Assembly: GCA_903959355.1 (NCBI GenBank)
Contig: CAJBWJ010000025.1
Location: 1 to 62,864, forward strand
Origin: an uncultured bacterium
GTDB taxonomy: Bacteria; Patescibacteriota; Microgenomatia; UBA1400; PJMF01
Direction: 5' to 3'
DNA: 62,864 nucleotides
Shown: piece after piece, positions 30,401 through 36,400 of the stretch
How the letters are laid out: every line of letters starts with the position of its first letter
Position numbering within the stretch: the stretch's first letter is position 1
The notes under the pieces: model-generated
What the model was told of the DNA's origin: nothing
The model's database searches: none
Seen by the model: only the letters and a program-made list of their open reading frames with translations
Translations under genes and position numbers: made by a program

Positions 30401-33400
30401 TCATTTTCTGCCTGAATTACATCTACTTGTTTTGCAAGAGCTTCCATAGCAGCAAGCAATTCTTGCTGTTTTTTGTTGGCTTTAGTTTTTTGAAGTTCTT
30501 GATTTAATTTATTAATTTCATCAGCCACAGCTTGCATCTCTGCTGCTTTTTCCAATAAAGCGTCTGCTTTTATCTGTAAAGCTGTATTGTCAATTTCTGC
30601 TTTATTATCAGTCATGAAAGCTTGCTCATTGAAACTATCAGACCAAGCAACTGGAAGATTGGCTAATGAAGCGGCACTCACAGTAAAAGTACCACCTCTC
30701 TCTGAATTGACAAAGAAACTCTTGATTCCATCAGTTCGATAGTTATCAGCTAATTGTTCTGTAGTTTTAGCTTTTGCCGCAGCATCTATAGCAGTTTGGT
30801 CAGCTTGAGCTGCTTTTAAATTTTTAATTTGTTGATCTATAGCGTCTTTTTCTGCTGGTTCTGTAGCGGCGCCAAGCTGTTCAATGAGTTTTTCTATTTG
30901 AGCTTGGTAACCTGCAGCAATCGCTGTTTTATTATCTTCAACAGCAGCAGCATTTTCAGCTAAAAGCTTTTCTTCATCAACTGCACCATTCCACAAGTTG
31001 GAGGCAAATGTGGCAAAACCAATATTTCTAGAAGAATTATTTTGTGACGATTGGTTTGAGCTGTTGTTATTTGTGGTGGTGTTTCTAGTATTATTTGTTC
31101 CATTATTAGTTGTGGTGTCACCAGCAGGTCTAACTAGACCAGCTCCACCACCATTAGCATCTGGGCCATCACTACCAGGTCTAACCGGAGCGGCACCTCC
31201 ATCAATATTTCCATCTGTACTAGTTTTACTATTTATTTGAGCTTCACTAGCCGCTCTAGCCATTTCATTTCCGACAACTTCTGGCGCAGAACTCTTATTG
31301 GTAAAGGCAATATTAACACTCTCTAAATGCTTAGAGCTTTGATTAATGAGATCAACAATCTGACGATAAGATGGATTTTCACCAAGAACTTGATATCCTT
31401 CATCGCCACTAAAAGCTAATTTGACTGGATTATTCCCAATAGCACCATCAGCACGTTTGGCCAATAATTTTGCTGGTTCACCACTATTTGCCAACAATCT
31501 AGTTAGCTCAGCATAAGCAGCACCTACTTGAGAGGCAGTCTTTTCTAATTTAGCCTGAGCAGTCATATCATCACTCCCAAGCATATAGTTCATACCTGTA
31601 GTTTCTTTCCATTTCTGCTGAGCAGCCTCAAGTTGAGAAACTATATCGAGATTTGTCTTATAGGAACCAAAGCCCAAGAAACCATCTTTGCCATTTCTAG
31701 CCAAATCAATTAATTCAGCAAAAGTTCCATCAACACTATTTTTGAGCAGAGTTTCTTTGAAACTAACTTCTGCGAGAGCTTCATTAATTGTTTGCAGACG
31801 ACTCATGTCAGCCGTGAAGTTTTCTATACTTGGATCTCTGAGAACACTTGGAGCGTCAAGCCAAACAATATCAATTGGAGCGTGTTTAACTTCATATGCA
31901 CCAGTGCTATTTTTAGTCACTTGAACACGAACACGATTAATACCTTGAGAGAAAGTAGTTTGATCACAACCATTACAAAGTCCAATTGCTCTACTCAAGC
32001 TAACATTATTGGCAGTATCCACACCCACATGAGCACCATACTCATAAAATTTGACATAACGCTCTGAAGTTTTATCTAGATCTGCTGTTCTTGCATTCAT
32101 TGCCTCAGTGCTTGCAAATTCACCAGTTCTAAGCAAAGCTCCACCGCTTATCTGATATTCGATCAATTCTCCATTCGCTCCAACCAATAAAATTTTCTGA
32201 TAAGGAGCACCGGTGTCAGTAATTGTTTTAACTAAATTGGCCAGAGCAGCCTCATTGCTACGAAGTCCAGAGGCCATATTAATGAAAACTTGATTTCTAC
32301 CATCTGCCAAGCGAGCCGTCATCTGATCTTGTAAGTTAGTGAAAACTCTTGAGTTGGTGCCAGCTGGAGGAGCATTAAATCTAGCAATCGAACTATCAAC
32401 TGCTGAATCTGTGAAAACATTTAGCTCAATGCCGTAAGCCATTTTGTAAAGTTTGGCGACTGTTTCAGGAGTACCGGTGTAGAGAGAAAAGCCTCTGCTT
32501 TCTAACATCAAAAGTGCATAGTTGATTTCGCTACCACCTTCACCAACGGTAATTTTATTGATATCAACTTGTCCATTTGCTCCCATGATTCTAGCGCCGA
32601 GACTGTTGTAGAGTAATGATTCGGCAACAGCACTGTAAGAACGGCCACTAGTTCTGCCTTGTTCTCTCGGAGCAATACTACTAACAACTTCTTCTACGCC
32701 GCCAACGGTTTTTTTATTACTAGTTGGACCATAATCTTCTCCAGGCACTCTGGAAAGAAAATTAACTGTTTCGTTAATCATTGCCATTTCAGCACGACGC
32801 TGGTGAACATCTGCATCAGTGCCTCTGGTTAAATAATCATTGATCTGTTGTCTAATGGTTTTTGTATCAGCTGACATATCAAGGCCTGGAATTTTACTTT
32901 GACCGCCCCAAGTCCCCAACCATTCACCAAGCACTTGTTTTTCCAATTCTGGACTAGCAAATTTACCGCCTTTGCCATCACTGGTGCGAGCAATTCCTTC
33001 TGGAACAGATTTACTGTTGCTTAGTTTACTAATTAGATCATTTAAAGTATTAAGTCCTCGACCTGGTAAAAGATTACCATTTTCATCAATTCCTAAAACT
33101 TGTTTTTGAGCATCTGCATAAAGACCAAATTCAGCTTTATCTCTTAGTGCAATTTGAGTTCCAGAAAGTTTATAATTTTCGTTTGGATTGAAAGTCCAGT
33201 CAACTTCGTCGGCATGAACAAAAGAATTTCGCCATTTGCTGCGAAGATTCAAGCCGAGTTTAGTATCGGTGTTTTGCAAATCAAAAGCTACATCTTTGGT
33301 GGTAATTACAAACTTAGCGTTGGCAATTGCTATTGGATCAACACTCGTGTCATTGGCTTTAATAATTACAACACTGCCTTTACCGAATTGAGATTCAACG

Positions 33401-36400
33401 TAATCGATGAAGGCTTTGTTTGGAATTGGATTTTCACCACCAGTCGTCCATGGCTTTGCTAATTTAGCCTCTGGAAAAACCACAAATTGTGGCTGACCAG
33501 TTAAACGCTGTTTTAGCAAAATATTAAAAGGCATCACCACATCAGTTTTACCCATACCAGGCAGTGCTCCAAAAACTGTACCGCGTCGACCTGCACCAAA
33601 AGCTTCTACCTCTGCTAACAAGAAAACATCCTGATCTTTGAAGGTATCAGTTCCACTATAAATTTTGAAAGGACCACCATTTTTCTTAACATCTGCTTGG
33701 GTTTCACTAGATCGTCTAAAGGTTTCAAATGCCTGCAACTCTGTATTTAGAATATCGAGTTGTTTTTGTTTGATGCCGGCAGCTAAGCCAGCGTCTGTGA
33801 CTACGTACTTAGTAAAATCACCAGATTTATCAACAGCTATTACAGCACCATTACCTTTTAAAGGATTTCTAGCAGTTTTTAGTAATTCAGTAACCTCACC
33901 CTCCAATCTAGTTATTTCTACTTGATTAGCTGTAGCATCCTCAGTTTTTAATCTTTCAATTTCTGCCTGTTTGGCAACAATTGCTTCCGCTATATTTAGG
34001 TTGCTTTCACCCATTTTTTTTGCTGCATCTTTCAGATCAGCAATCTGACCTCTAGTTTTAATGCCTGATACAAAATCAGTGATAGTTTGTCTCATGCCTT
34101 TACTTGGATTAGCTGCCGCTTGAGCTAAAAGATATTGCTGGTCGCGTAATTGACGATTTGCATCAGCAAGCTGTTCTCTAAAAGCTTTTGCATCAGCACT
34201 ATCTGCTCCGACGCCAGCCAATTTTGCTCTGAGCGTTTCAGCTTCACGAGTTAAATCTAGAGATTTGTAATAAGCTTCTCTGGTAGACTTACCTGGACTA
34301 AAAAAGTCTGTAATCTTCTTCCAAATTGGACGGCTATCAGCAGAGACTGCATCAGCAATTTGTCTGATGCCGCCAATTTCTGCATCGATAGCATCAAATT
34401 TAACCATTTCAACTTGTAAATCATTTCTTTGAGTTTCTAAGTCAACAACTCTGGCAGTATCTGCTTCGTTTAAAACTCCCTGATTATTTAATCTATTAAT
34501 TTCTGCGCTTAATCCGTCAATTTTTCTGCCAACCTGATCGCTACTATCAACACCAAGGCCAATTAATAATGCTTGTTTTTGACTTTCCAGCGCAGTAACT
34601 TTGGCTAAACTATCCTGCAAAGCAGCGATAGAAGCCAAGCGCTTGGTTTCGTCAGTTTCCAATTTAACTTTAGTGGCATTGGCCTCCAGATCAGTTTGAT
34701 ATTTGGTAACTTGTTCGTTGTCTGGAGCGTACTGCTTAACTAAGCTGGCTTTCTCGACATCATTTTTTAATAAATTCTCATATTCAGAAAAAGCTTCGTT
34801 TTTCTTTGCCACGCTTAAAAGAGCTTCATTCTGAGTTTTGAGTGAATCAACTGCTGAAAGACTTTTTGTTAAATTTTCCAAATCAGCCACTAGGGCAGTT
34901 CTTTTTTGTTGGAGATCAGCGACTTCGCTTTCTGGTAAAAGGACACCTCTTTTAGTAATTTGTTCATCAATTGCAGTGATTTGATCTCTAACAGCAGCGA
35001 TTGCATTTGGCCCTTCTTTAAAAATTTCTATCTGTCCAGCTAAATAAGCTTCTTTTTCTGTTTGAGCAGTTTTTCTAGCGACCTCTGCTTGATCAAGATA
35101 ATTAGCTACTTCTGCTTTTCCAGCAATTCTGGCAGCTTCAACGTCAGCTGCATATTTAGCTTCTGCAGCCTTACCAGCTTCGGCGCTATCTTTTAATTGA
35201 GTTTCTAAGTCAGATGCTACACGAACACTACTAGCCATATAATTTTCAGTTGAATTATCATTGCCAGCAATTCTAAAGTTTGGATTGATGCCCTCAGCCT
35301 GAGCGACTAAATTCGATCTCTGAGCTTGCAAATCATTAATTTGCAATCCCTCTCTCATGCCTTTATTTGGACCATTTAAAGCCAAAACTTCGGCGTCGAT
35401 AGCATCAATTTGTTTTTGAATATCCACAACGTGAGCAGTTTCAATTCCTGCCTTAGCTGCTGCTGTATCTGCTAGATAAGATTTTCTACTACTGGCAATT
35501 TGAGAAACATTTTGACCGGCACTAAGTGCCAAACCTATCCAAGCATTGGTACAATCTTTTTCTGAAAAAGCCCCACTTGAACCATAACAAGCTTGAGCAA
35601 CTTGCTGAGCATCAACTGCTGCGCCAGCTGGAACGTTCATTGCATCTAGCACATAATCAATTTTATTGGTGTAAGAAGTTGGACCAAGCAAACCAAAAGT
35701 GTTGCCAGCAACACCTGAAGCTGCCACAAAGGAACTAATTCCACTCATAATTCCACCACCAATATTGCCTTCTTGAAATGAATTGTAAGAAGAAATTCCA
35801 GAATTAACTGCATTGTAAGAATTCATGGCTATACCACTAACTTGACCTGCTTTAGTTAAAACTTGACCAGAAGTAGCTAAGACATTAGCTGTAGCACCAG
35901 CATTAACTGCGCCAGCAGCACTAGTCAATAAACCACCAACACTAGTCATAGCTGCCACTGCTGAATTAGCCAACATCATGTTGCCTTGCTGATTAAGTGC
36001 ATCCACCTGAGCGCTCAAGTCAGTTTTGACTTTTTCAATCGTTACTTCATCTGCTCCGTTTTCTATGTAAGATTGAACAACTGCGTTTTCTCTAGACTCA
36101 ATATCTATTCTTTGAATTTCTAAGGCTTGAGCCTTCATTCCAGCACCTTGATATAAAGAAAAGGCAGAGGAAGCTATGCCCAGCACAGCTGGAGCGCCGA
36201 CACCACTGATTAACATTGCTGTTAGAACTGGAGCAGCTACCACTGGAGCTACTACTTTTGATAAGCGTTCAAAATCTAATTGCTGACTAGAACGCTGTAT
36301 TTCTGGATCAGTTAAGAACTGCTCATAAGTGGCCTGATCGACTTGATTAATTCCAGCTTTATTGGCATTGGCAATATAATTACTGTAAAGATCATTCTTC

